A DNA stretch of 63,099 bases, the filler included, from Octopus bimaculoides (taxonomy: Eukaryota), in NCBI RefSeq assembly GCF_001194135.2. It is 4 parts of 4 records of this genome, joined end to end, with 100 filler letters (N's around TTAATTAATTAA, not from the genome) between each part and the next. Parts side by side here need not be neighbours in the genome. Positions count along the whole stretch, not along the records: positions 23,638 to 54,792 come from NC_068981.1; 3 more parts are not named here. One strand, given 5' to 3'. The notes under the pieces were generated by a model. It saw only the letters and a list, made by a program, of their open reading frames with translations, had not been told where the DNA came from and searched no databases. This document shows positions 25,932 to 38,040 of this stretch, in pieces. Position numbers and translations under genes: made by a program. The stretch's first letter is position 1, and each line of letters begins with the position of its first letter.

Positions 25932-26491
25932 TGTTTATCTATGTATATGTATATATTTATATGTATATATATATCTATATATATATATATATATATATAC
26001 AAATGTATATATATGTATATATATATCTGTATATATATATATATGTATATATACATATGTATATATATGTATATATATATCTGTATATATATATATATGT
26101 ATATATACATATGTATATATATGTANNNNNNNNNNNNNNNNNNNNNNNNNNNNNNNNNNNNNNNNNNNNNNNNNNNNNNNNNNNNNNNNNNNNNNNNNNN
26201 NNNNNNNNNNNNNNNNNNNNNNNNNNNNNNNNNNNNNNNNNNNNNNNNNNNNNNNNNNNNNNNNNNNNNNNNNNNNNNNNNNNNNNNNNNNNNNNNNNNN
26301 NNNNNNNNNNNNNNNNNNNNNNNNNNNNNNNNNNNNNNNNNNNNNNNNNNNNNNNNNNNNNNNNNNNNNNNNNNNNNNNNNNNNNNNNNNNNNNNNNNNN
26401 NNNNNNNNNNNNNNNNNNNNNNNNNNNNNNNNNNNNNNNNNNNNNNNNNNNNNNNNNNNNNNNNNNNNNNNNNNNNNNNNNNNNNNNNNNN

Positions 26492-26526
<35 letters not shown>

Positions 26527-26528
26527 AT

Positions 26529-27184
26529 AAAATCAAAAAAAGCAACACAGATTTTAAAGGTTATTGCAGTATGCAAGTTTCATGCTACTCCATTTATTCA
26601 AGTAATGTGAGCATTACATTAAATGCAAAATGTAGAGCAATCTTCAGCTGCACAAGAATGTAGAAAATTACAGCAGAATGGACATATTACTATTGTGGCA
26701 ACATTTAAAATTTAAGTGGGAAGAAGAATACATAAAAATCCGTCTTGACATAACCAACACTGGCAGGCTAGTAATTAATTCTAGGTAGAATTCTAACTGT
26801 CTCTGATTTTGTCTCTTATCTAGTGGTTCAAAGTATAAGGGGCAATCACTTCCAGCTTTCACCTTCCCTTTCCTTGGAAGTGATTGCCCCTTATACTTTG
26901 AACCACTAGATAAGAGACAGAATTCTACCTAGAATTAATTACTAGCCTTTTAGCCTTGGCTATGTCAAGACGGATTTTTATGTATTCCTCTTCCCACTTA
27001 AATTTTAAATGTTGCTACAATAGTAATATGTTCACTCTGCTGTAATTTTCTACATTCTTGTGCAGCTGAAGATCACTCTACATTTTGCATTTAATGTAAT
27101 GCTCGCATTACTTGAATAAACGGACTAGCATGAAACGTGCGTACTGCAATAACCTTTAAAATCCGAGTTGCTTTTTTTGATTTT
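26529..27184. repeat. Long foldback inverted repeat (arms 26529-26854 and 26875-27184, 20-nt spacer)
   Basis: Arms are reverse complements along their whole length; the left arm has one extra ~16-nt segment (aactgtctctgatttt) plus scattered substitutions. Confidence 0.95.
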
Positions 27185-27273
27185 TGATCACCTTGTTTTT
27201 GGAATTATTTTGGATAATACCATACTATATTCTGGTGCCTAAACATAAGTACCACATTCAATTTTGAATCTAA

Positions 27274-27326
<53 letters not shown>

Positions 27327-28076
27327 NNNNNNNNNNNNNNNNNNNNNNNNNNNNNNNNNNNNNNNNNNNNNNNNNNNNNNNNNNNNNNNNNNNNNNNNNN
27401 NNNNNNNNNNNNNNNNNNNNNNNNNNNNNNNNNNNNNNNNNNNNNNNNNNNNNNNNNNNNNNNNNNNNNNNNNNNNNNNNNNNNNNNNNNNNNNNNNNNN
27501 NNNNNNNNNNNNNNNNNNNNNNNNNNNNNNNNNNNNNNNNNNNNNNNNNNNNNNNNNNNNNNNNNNNNNNNNNNNNNNNNNNNNNNNNNNNNNNNNNNNN
27601 NNNNNNNNNNNNNNNNNNNNNNNNNNNNNNNNNNNNNNNNNNNNNNNNNNNNNNNNNNNNNNNNNNNNNNNNNNNNNNNNNNNNNNNNNNNNNNNNNNNN
27701 NNNNNNNNNNNNNNNNNNNNNNNNNNNNNNNNNNNNNNNNNNNNNNNNNNNNNNNNNNNNNNNNNNNNNNNNNNNNNNNNNNNNNNNNNNNNNNNNNNNN
27801 NNNNNNNNNNNNNNTATATATATATATATATACATATAAATATATGTATATATAAATATATAGTTTTAGGGAAAAGAATCAAGGTTCATGAACTCATCGA
27901 TGAAAATCCACTATCACATATAGAAAAATTAATAAGTAAAAGCACAATAAATAAGTATAATATAATACAAAGTAAATATCATAAGATAATGATAATAAAA
28001 CGACTACACGTGTTTCATAACCAATTTTCAAATAGAAAAAATATTTAAATCGATTAAAACTATCAAAAATCAATTC

Positions 28077-29540
28077 TATGCCCTATCTGATTTTGCATAT
28101 TAGTAAAGTCATGGAGCAAATCATCAGAAAGAAGTTGATAAATTTCCTACAAGAATATGACCTACCAAATTATACTCAGCATGGCCTCCATCCAGGAAGA
28201 AGTTGCCTCACACAGCTCCTTTAGCTCTATGACTGGGTTTTGAAACAGCTGCTTGACCATTCAGATGTCAATGTGATATACGTTGACTTCACAAAGGCAT
28301 TTGATAAGGTAGATCATGGTATGATAAGTCATAAGCTATGAGACCTTGGCATCACTGGTAAACTGGGAGAGTGGCTGTATGACTTCCTTAAGAACAAAAG
28401 TCAGATAGTTGCAGCCAATGGCATCCTTTGTGAGGAAACTCAAATCGTAAGTGGTGTCCCCTAGGGAACTGTTATGGGGCCATTACTATTCATAATAACC
28501 CTCTTAGATATGCCCACAGTCACCTGGTCAGCCATTGTCAGTAGCTATGCCAATGAGACAAAATTATCACAGGCAATAAAAATCCAAGAGGATGTCTCAA
28601 GCTTACAGCGAGACCTAAACTCAATATACAAGTGGGCTGAAATAAACAACATGCAGTTTAATGCTGAAAAATTTCAAGCACTGCACTATGAACCCACAAA
28701 TAAGGTACAATCTGCATTTGCAGGACCCGAAGGCACTACAGTACCAGAGTCACAGGCAGTGAAAGACTTGGGGATCAGTATGTACAATGACGCATCATTT
28801 CATATGCACATAAGCAAGATGGCTGCAAAGTACACACAACTGGTAGGATGGATACTGAGGTCTTTCAAGACAAGTGACCAAGAAAGTATGTTGATCCTGT
28901 GGAGAATCTTTGTTCTTAGCCGCCTGGGCTACTGCTCCCATTTATGGTCACCACATAGTGCCAAACTAACAGCGGAACTTGATGCAGTCCAATGCCACCA
29001 CACTAAAAAGACTGAAACAGTGCAGTGGATGAGGTACAGGGATAGGCTGAGAAAACTAAAGCTTTACTTCCTGTAGTGAAGGCGTGAGAGATACACTGTA
29101 ATATACATATGGAAAATCCTAGAAGGGCTAGTACCTAACTTTGGCATTGAGTGTTGTACAAATGCCAGAACTGGCCGCCATTGCATTGTACCAAAGGTAC
29201 CATCCACTCCATCTAAACTTAGGATCTGGTATTGCAATAGTCCAGGGTTCAAAGGCCCACAGCTCTTCAATGCCCGGCCACAAAAATTAAGAAATATGCA
29301 TAAGGTGGAAGTAGATGTCTTCAAAAAGGAACTAGACATCTTCCTCTCCACAAGACTGGATGAACCAACAGCCCAACATGATGGCAACAGAATCAAACTC
29401 CATTATACACAAATGTACCAACGGCTGGGACAAAGGCACATACAGGAGTGGTGATGTGAAACACTCAGACTGAGGAAGTCAGAAAGACCATGGTAGTGCT
29501 CCAGCATGACCACGGCTGCATGGCTGAAACAAGTAAAAGT
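28077..29540 (+). pseudogene. 5'-truncated CR1/L2-group LINE (RT domain through 3' end)
   Basis: QHGLHPGRSCLTQLL, VIYVDFTKAFDKVDH, SGVP*GTVMGPLLF, SYANETK (YADD decayed), YCSHLWSP, GPQLFNA; 3' end gtgctccagcatgaccacggctgcatggctgaaacaagtaaaag. Confidence 0.92.
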
Positions 29541-30326
29541 GTATGTATATATATGTATATGTATATATTGATATGTATATATATATGTGTATATGCATAT
29601 GTATATATATATATATATATATATANNNNNNNNNNNNNNNNNNNNNNNNNNNNNNNNNNNNNNNNNNNNNNNNNNNNNNNNNNNNNNNNNNNNNNNNNNN
29701 NNNNNNNNNNNNNNNNNNNNNNNNNATATATATGAGATACCATGTTGCTCCGCAATCATTTCGACATCTGGCGTGTGGCACCCATTGCACCTGTACAGGT
29801 AATGTCGATCTAATGGAGGGAGTGAGGTTATGTCTACACAAATATTTGATCACTATAAACAAATCGTCTGTGTGGTTGTTTGGTAAGAAATTGTCAAATC
29901 CTCATATGTTGTCTAGTGATGGGAGAGTCCATCATTCATATATATATATATATCACCATCATCCTTTTCCATCTGCTGTCTATACTAGCATGGGTTGAGC
30001 CAGTCATTCCCCTCTTAGGCATAATTCAGGAACCACACTCCACTTGTACATTTTATTTTGGCATGATTTATATGACTAGATGGTTTTGCTAACAGCAAAC
30101 GCATTCCAGAGTGTAATGGATGTGTTTTATCATGACATAACTACTAGCATGATTGTTATATTCTCAGCAAGTTGAAACAAAACATGTATGTATATGATGT
30201 AATGTCGCAATATTTATAAGAATTTCTTTTTTGTAAACATATTGTGGGATTTGAACAGATGATGCGTAGTTTTTCTATTTTGAAATATCAAACTAAATAT
30301 ATTTTATAAAGTGTTTATTCGTATTG

Positions 30327-30409
<83 letters not shown>

Positions 30410-30420
30410 TGCGTGCGTGC

Positions 30421-30458
<38 letters not shown>

Positions 30459-30735
30459 CTTATAATTTTTTAATTGTCTTAGCTATCATAGCCAAGGCTT
30501 TTCTGGAGCGCCACTTTCAAGCCATTCTAGACTAGTTTATTTCTTGAATTCCTGTGTTTTTACTTCTCTTTGAAAATAATAATATATTTATGATAATTTG
30601 TATATGCACAAGCATATGTGGGTGAATGTACAAACATTATTATTATTATTATTATTATTATTATCTTTATACTTCTTCAATTTAAACATTATTAAATATG
30701 TTTATGAAATTCTCTTTTCTAATTTGGTATCTCAG

Positions 30736-30747
30736 AAGAGCAACAAG
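30736..30747 (+). CDS. CADPS: Candidate 12-nt alternative microexon of CADPS (AAGAGCAACAAG, adds EEQQ if phase 1-1)
   Basis: Context ttctcttttctaatttggtatctcag|AAGAGCAACAAG|gtgagc. Branch-like CTAAT upstream, strong AAG|GTGAG donor, length a multiple of 3, no stop in phase 1, TGCATG at 30793-30798. No transcript evidence. Confidence 0.4.
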
Positions 30748-32357
30748 GTGAGCTGAAATACACATTATTTCCACTATTTTATTTAGAAAGCGTGCATGCG
30801 CACTTTCAGACTTCAATATTTTACCAACTTTGCTATGTCACTCCATAATTTATGTTTATCATAATTTCCATTTAATAAAACAAGTCTCATACTGATATTT
30901 TATTAATGCTACCTACTACAATTATTGAGTAGAATCACTAAAATTCTTTCGCTCAAAGAAATTTATCATTGAACTATTTATGAGTAACTGACATACCTAT
31001 ATAAACCCTCAATAATAGTTATTTTATCCAGATCCTAAACTGGATCCAAGTTATCTTATCCAGATCCAAGTATAAATGCATCAAAATACACTTAATCTTT
31101 TTTTGAAGAAATATAACAATATTTAGCTGCTTCTATTTGTATGAATATCTGTAAAGTAAAGCTAATGTACAACACAATATATTGAGTTCTTCTCTTAAAT
31201 TCATACTAATTTTATCAGTTTGCCTAAATTCTATTTTAGAATTTTTCATAGTATTCATTTGCTTGATTATAATTGTAGCTGATTTGTACAAGGATATTTA
31301 AAAAATATATCCAATTCAACCCAATTAAAATATCTATGAATGTTAGGTTCAGAAATTTAGATTCATTTTCTCTTTCTCCATATTATATTCTTGTAAGCAT
31401 AGTGTTTCAAGAAGCAGTATCAATTCTAAAATATTTTATAGCTATTTATGTAAAGAAATATATCAAACAGCTGGTTTAATTTCAGGGAAATTTAGTTTAG
31501 TCTTGGTTGTAGCTAATATAATGCTGAAAGTACATAGGCACATTTAGCCATATGAAGTATCATAATATGAATGTAAACTAATTTATATATCTAAAAATTG
31601 AAGTAGCATTGGGATAAGAAAATAAATATATCCACAATATTTAACAGAAAACATTTCTTTTTTTACACATGGGAATTTTGACTGGCAACTATTGGTGCTG
31701 CCACCCACTGTTGCTTTTGGAGTAAGAAATGGAAAGAAAGAGTTTGTTAAGAGATAGAAGGTAGGGAGAATTTTCCCTCAAGAGCAATGAATCCATATAC
31801 CTGTTATATTTAAAATAAGGTGCATATTAGTTTCAAGCTTTTGAAAGCTTGTAAACTATATTCTTTAATTTAATTGAAAAGTGACAAGAAAAATATCCAG
31901 AAATATTTTAATTCACATTAATTTAATATTTCATTCCTATCTTTTGAGCTTTCAGTGAAATATATTGCTATCAATGAAGCTCAGATGCTCTGGGAAACAA
32001 GTAAAAGAAAGAATGAAGTGAAAAATATTCAACCTTTTTTTAAGATATACATTAAGATTTTTAAAACAAACTTTAAATGAAAAAAAAATTACTAAAATAG
32101 ACATTCAAATCTGTGAATGAATTTGCAGATAACCATCATAGTTGAATCATTAGGAAGTAGATCTGATCATCTAAAATTTGCATGTTTAATATATTGATAC
32201 ATTTTTGCTTATGCTTACTGTTCTGCTAATATACTATAATGGTGTAAATCAAAGCTTTTAGAAAATTACCATAAAACAGTAGCAGCATTTTCTTAGCATA
32301 GAAGATTTTTCTTATATTTTTCAATAATTATTTCTTTTTATGTGTGTGTATGAGATA

Positions 32358-32415
<58 letters not shown>

Positions 32416-32968
32416 NNNNNNNNNNNNNNNNNNNNNNNNNNNNNNNNNNNNNNNNNNNNNNNNNNNNNNNNNNNNNNNNNNNNNNNNNNNNNNNNNNNNN
32501 NNNNNNNNNNNNNNNNNNNNNNNNNNNNNNNNNNNNNNNNNNNNNNNNNNNNNNNNNNNNNNNNNNNNNNNNNNNNNNNNNNNNNNNNNNNNNNNNNNNN
32601 NNNNNNNNNNNNNNNNNNNNNNNNNNNNNNNNNNNNNNNNNNNNNNNNNNNNNNNNNNNNNNNNNNNNNNNNNNNNNNNNNNNNNNNNNNNNNNNNNNNN
32701 NNNNNNNNNNNNNNNNNNNNNNNNNNNNNNNNNNNNNNNNNNNNNNNNNNNNNNNNNNNNNNNNNNNNNNNNNNNNNNNNNNNNNNNNNNNNNNNNNNNN
32801 NNNNNNNNNNNNNNNNNNNNNNNNNNNNNNNNNNNNNNNNNNNNNNNNNNNNNNNNNNNNNNNNNNNNNNNNNNNNNNNNNNNNNNNNNNNNNNNNNNNN
32901 NNNNNNNNNNNNNNNNNNNNNNNNNNNNNNNNNNNNNNNNNNNNNNNNNNNNNNNNNNNNNNNNNNNN

Positions 32969-33012
<44 letters not shown>

Positions 33013-33419
33013 AGGAAGTTAGTATGGATAAAATAATCCAGGTGTTTATCTTAGAAAGCTGATTATTTCTGAATATTATTTTTATAAATACTTCCTATGA
33101 AACAATTCCATGGACAGCTATGTTATATACATTGCATAGCATGCATGGCTGAGTCATTATTAACAGACATGTCTGTAGACATAATGTGAGAACAATCACC
33201 ATGAAATTGTTGTAACAGTTGTCAACCATAATATAAAAGTAATATTATGAACTCCAATCTTTGATTTATACACACACATACACACCATTTATGCATATAT
33301 ATATGTGTGTGTGTATAGCTGGGGTCCATGTATCTTCTCTATGGTAAGACACATTTCCTTGTTCCTGTATCATACTTTAGGCTTTTAACACCTGACACCG
33401 CTAAGTCAAAGCAGTTCTT

Positions 33420-33630
33420 GTTTTGTGACCTACTTGACAAACTCACTAGTACTGGTGCCACAAAAAGTACCCAATACATTCTGTAAAGTGGTTGGCATTA
33501 GGAAGTGCATCAATGTCAAAGCAGACATTGGAGCTTGATGCATCCTGTAGCTCAACAGATCCTGTTAAACCTTTCAGCCCATGGCAGCATAGAACATGGG
33601 CATTAAATAATGATAATGATGATGATTTAT
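33420..33630 (+). mobile_element. RTE-LINE 3' end fragment (degenerate)
   Basis: gtggttggcattaggaagtgcatc...catggcagcatagaacatgggcattaaataatgataatgatgatg. Confidence 0.7.
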
Positions 33631-33931
33631 AAAACAAAACTGGAGAATCAGTTCATGAACTATGAAGTTACATCATCTTATGCATGTTACAGTGGACATA
33701 ATGACTGAATTATGTAATCTGGGCCAGATACGTTTTCTGGGTCTTCACTTTGTTAGAGATTCATATCAATTGGTTATGAATTGCTGATTCCATTACAAGA
33801 TTTATGAATCGTCTCTCCAGTTTTGTTTATTCTATATGTATTCTGTGAAATTTCCAACTCTAGAATAGTGAAAAGAAACTTAGACATAAAACACAATTTC
33901 TCTTCAGTTTATTCTGACATACATATGAAGT

Positions 33932-34170
33932 TTCATCATCATTTAATGTCTACTATTCCATGCTTGCATGGCTCAGATGGAATTTTTTGAAGGGGATTTT
34001 CTATAGTCAGATGCCCTTTCTTTCACCAATGCTCACCTGTTTCCAAGTAAGATCATATTTTCCATGACTAGGCATGTTTTTACAGAAGATTGGAAACAAA
34101 GGATACTGCTTGCATGATGGTGACATTTGTTTATAATTATCACATGAAATCAAAGCAAAGAGACATACCC
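33932..34170 (-). mobile_element. 3' half of the SINE variant with RTE-type tail
   Basis: tcatcatcatttaatgtctactattccatgcttgcatgg...atgccctttc...ctcacctgtttccaagtaag; body shared with 22630-22748 and 54190-54420. Confidence 0.7.
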
Positions 34171-34219
34171 ACACACACATACAAATATATATATATATAT
34201 ACACACATTTGAACTAAAT

Positions 34220-34548
34220 TCAATGACTGGCACCCATGCCAGTGGAGCACTAACAGCACCATCCAAGTGGGGTCATTGCCAGAAGCTGACTGGCTTCCGT
34301 GCTGGTGGCATGTGAACAAAACATTCAAGCAAGGTCGTTGCCAGTACCACCTGACTGGCCCTCGTGCCAGTGGCAAGTAAAAGCACCCACTACACTCTCG
34401 GAGTGGTTGGCGTTCGGAAGGGCATCCAGCTGTAGAAACTCTGCCAGATCAGAATGGAGCCTGGTGCAGCCATCTGGTTTGCCAGTCCTCAGTCAAATCG
34501 TCCAACCCATGCTAGCATGTAAAGCAGACGTTAAACAATGATGATGAT
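34220..34548 (+). mobile_element. RTE-LINE 3' UTR
   Basis: Ends ccaacccatgctagcatgtaaagcagacgttaaacaatgatgatga; similar to 37580-38040 and 38950-39217. Confidence 0.85.
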
Positions 34549-34574
34549 ATATATATATATATACACACACACAC

Positions 34575-34862
34575 ATATACAACAAGCTTCTTTCAGTTTC
34601 CATTTGCCAAATCCACTCACAAGGCTTTGGCCAACTCAGGCTAAAATAGAANNNNNNNNNNNNNNNNNNNNNNNNNNNNNNNNNNNNNNNNNNNNNNNNN
34701 NNNNNNNNNNNNNNNNNNNNNNNNNNNNNNNNNNNNNNNNNNNNNNNNNNNNNNNNNNNAAATAGAAGATACTTCTCTAAGATACTGTGCAGTGGGACTG
34801 AACCCAAAACCATGTTGTTAGGAAGCAAACTTCTTACCACACAACCATGCCTGTACCTCTCT
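34575..34862 (-). mobile_element. SINE family A head spanning an N-gap
   Basis: ttctttcagtttccatttgccaaatccactcacaagg...ttcttaccacacaaccatgcc. Confidence 0.75.
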
Positions 34863-34870
34863 GTGTGTGC

Positions 34871-34974
<104 letters not shown>

Positions 34975-35850
34975 CGTCATCATCATCGTTGTTTAACGAC
35001 TGCTTTCTATGCTGGCATGGGTTGGATGGTTTGACTGAAGGGTGGCAGGGCAGAAGGCTGAACCAGGCTCCAATCTGATCTAGCAAAGTTTTTACAGCTG
35101 GATGCCCTTCCTAACACCAACCACTCTGATAGTGTAGTGGGTAATTTTATGTGCCTTCGGTACAAGGGCCAGTCAAGCAGTACTGGCATCGATCATGCTC
35201 AAATAGTGCTTTTTATGTGCCACCAGCACGGGAGCCAGTCAAGTGGCACTGGCAACAATCACACTTGAATGATGCTTTTTACATGCCACCAGCACGTGCC
35301 AATCAGGCGGTACTGTCATTGGCCACAACAATGACTTCACTTGACTCAACAGGTCTTTGTAAGCACAGTTTATTGCCCAATGGGCCAGTTATGCTGCACT
35401 GGCATAGGCCACAGTTAAGGTCTCACTTGGCTTGCTAGGTCTTCTCAAGCACAGCATATCTCCAAAGGTCTTGGTCACTTGTCACCTCCTCCATGAGACC
35501 CAACATTCGAAGGTCATGTTCCACCACCTCATCCCAGGTCTTCATGGGTCTACCTCTTCCACAGGTTCCCTCTACTGCTAGGGTGTGACACTTTTTCACA
35601 CAGCTGTCATCATCCATATGCAACACATGACCATGCCAGCGCAGTCATCTTTCTTGCACACCGCATCTGATGCTTCTTACATCTAACTTTTCTCTCAAGG
35701 CACTTACACTCTGTCATGTATGCACACTGACATTACACATCCAGTAGAGCATACTAGCTTCATTCCTTGCAAGTTTATGCACAGCTTGTCCCCCCACTCA
35801 AATGTTTACACTCTTATAGCTGATAACACACTCAATTTTCACTTCTTTTT
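34975..35850 (-). mobile_element. 5'-truncated RTE LINE: ORF2 C-terminus plus 3' UTR
   Basis: Minus ORF MDDDSCVKKCHTLAVEGTCGRGRPMKTWDEVVEHDLRMLGLMEEVTSDQDLWRYAVLEKT (RTE RGRP..TW motif), then repeat-rich UTR and (GAT)n tail. Confidence 0.9.
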
Positions 35851-35868
35851 ATATTTAACCCATTAAAA

Positions 35869-36800
35869 TAATGAAAGAAGCCAAACTGAGCTTGAAGAAA
35901 GGAAATTTATCCTAAGTGTAAGTTTGAAAATGTGGTTGCAGTGCAAAGAATGTTTAAGAGGGAGCTTCAAACAGCTCCATTAACATGATTTACCACTACT
36001 TGAATTAAAGATAAGTTTGAAACAGATGGAAGTGTTTAGAATGTCTACAGAAATCTTTCCAGAAGACCATGGATATCAATGAGCCCGGCAAAACAAGGAA
36101 GGGTACTGAAAATGTATTGCCAGAGGTCAAGAAAATCTGTGCAGCAAGCAAGTCGTGTGATAAGAATTTCAAAATCAAGTGTCCATCATATTTTAAAGTG
36201 CTACCATTGTAAAGGTTACATTCCAAGAATAGTCCATGCTCTCAATGAAGATGATCCAGACCAATGAGTAAAGTTTTACGAGTGGTACTTAGCAAGGTGT
36301 CTAGAAACGCACACTTTCCAACAAAGATGGTTTGGAGTGATGAGACTACATTTAAATTAAATGGTTCAATTAACTGTCACAGTTACACTTACTTGGTCCC
36401 TGAGAATTTGCATATTACAGAGAAACATCATGTTGATGTACCTAGAGTTACATTATGGTATAGCTTATCATCAAAAGAATTAACTGGGCCAACCTTTATT
36501 GGTGGCGCTGTAATTGGTCTTTTTTACTCAAACTTGCTGTAACAATCTGTGATGGCAAGCATTCAAAAAGACTGATGATATGGAGATTATTTCCAACAAA
36601 ATAGTGCATACCTACACTACCATAGTGATGTAAGGGCCTACTTTGATGATATCCTCTGAGGGTCTGCAGTTGTTGAGCCATTTTCTTCAAATAATGGTCT
36701 TGTCTTGTACTGTACTGAAGCAGACTCTTTTGCAAATCTAAAGAAAGCTTTAGGGTTCATCTTTCCATATTTTTACAGCCCTGACTTCTTTCTCTACCAT
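35869..36800 (+). pseudogene. Tc1/mariner-superfamily transposase remnant (DUF4817-like N-terminus; possibly rosa/DD41D-like)
   Basis: VQRMFKRE...DKFETDGSV...KSVQQASRVIRISKSSVHHILK...HALNEDDPD...VWSDETTFKLNGSIN...VTLWYSLSSKELTGP...PDFFL; many stops and shifts. Subfamily call is tentative. Confidence 0.8.
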
Positions 36801-36819
36801 CTAGGGTTTCATCCCCGAT

Positions 36820-37440
36820 ATTTAAAATGTTCACTGCTGCTGTTATGATATTTATTTTTTTCTATAATTCAAAGCTTGTATTTGCTGCCCCATCCCTTGC
36901 ATTTGCTGGCCTTAGCTATAATAATCCAGTTTATCTGGAGTTGCTCATGTTTCTCCCTTTAATCGTCCATGTCATGTTGGATAATGATGTTTGTTTTTTA
37001 TTTTTATCTCTGAATGAAGCCAAATATTGCATATTTCTCTCTTTGAAGGTGTTTCCCATCATTCCAATATAGGTTTTTTGTTATTCTATTCAAATGTTGG
37101 GCTTGTACACTAGTTCTTTTTCCGAGGACCTACTGTTCAGGAGACAGCTGTTCAGAGATCTACAATTATAGGATCTTTAGGGGATATTCCTAATGTTATT
37201 TTTATTGAGGTTGAATATAGTCAACCCTATATTGGAGAGGCAACTATAACTAACTTTAACTGTATTTCTGTTGAAGATCTTGTGGTATTCATGTGTGTGA
37301 GAGAAGTGGTTATCTATGAGTTATAGGAATTTACTAGCTATGTTAGTGGCTAATATGAAAGTGCTACTACACAAGGTAGATTAATTCAGTGAAACAGGTG
37401 CTACTGGGAGAAGCTATAGGAACTGAAGCTCTACTCCTTA
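36820..37440 (-). pseudogene. Penelope-like element remnant (post-RT region and GIY-YIG)
   Basis: Minus strand TNIASKFL...[17 protein letters not shown]...LVYK...YIGMMGNTFKER...SFR...TSLSN..W.IK. Confidence 0.75.
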
Positions 37441-37579
37441 GAAAGAAAGCATGAATAATATGCAGTGGTATATATATATATATATGGAAAATCCTGGAAG
37501 CTCTAGCTCTCAACTTTGTAATTGAAAGCTATACCAACCACTGAACTGGACAGCACTGCATAGTACTGAAGATCCCAAA

Positions 37580-38040
37580 TTCGATGACTGGCACCTGTGC
37601 CAGTGGAGCACTAACAGCACTGTCTGAGCGTGATCATTGCCAGAGCAGCTGTCTGGCTTCTGTGCTGGTGGCACGTAAATAGCACCATTGGAGCGTGATC
37701 ATTACCAGCGTTGCCTTACTGGTACTTGTGCCGGTGTCACAGGAAAAAACATTCGAGCGAGGTTGTTGCCAGTGCTGCTGGACTGGCTCCTGTGCAGGTG
37801 GCATGTAAAAAACACCATTTTGAGTGTGGCCATTGCCAGTACCGCCTGACTGGACCCTTGTGCCGGTGGCACGTAAAAGCACCCACTTCACTCTCGGGGT
37901 GGTTGGTGTTAGGAAGGGCACCCAGCTGTAGAAACTCTGCCAGATCAGATTGGAGCCTGGTGCAGCCATCTGGTTCGCCAATCCTCAGTCAAATCGTCCA
38001 ACCCATGCTAGCATGGAAAGCGGATGTTAAACGATGATGA
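37580..38040 (+). mobile_element. RTE-LINE 3' UTR (young, CpG-retaining)
   Basis: Repeated ggtggcacgtaaa units; ends catgctagcatggaaagcggatgttaaacgatgatga. Confidence 0.9.

Noticed and set aside
29740-29940. CpG-containing segment recalled as a further octopus interspersed repeat
   Set aside because: Single copy in the window with no TSD or Pol III boxes; family cannot be supported from this sequence.
31648-31760. Candidate exon ending ATAGAAG|gtaggg, resembling the expected ...IE|E junction
   Set aside because: In-frame stops in the required frames, no pyrimidine tract, no AALVNY-like peptide.
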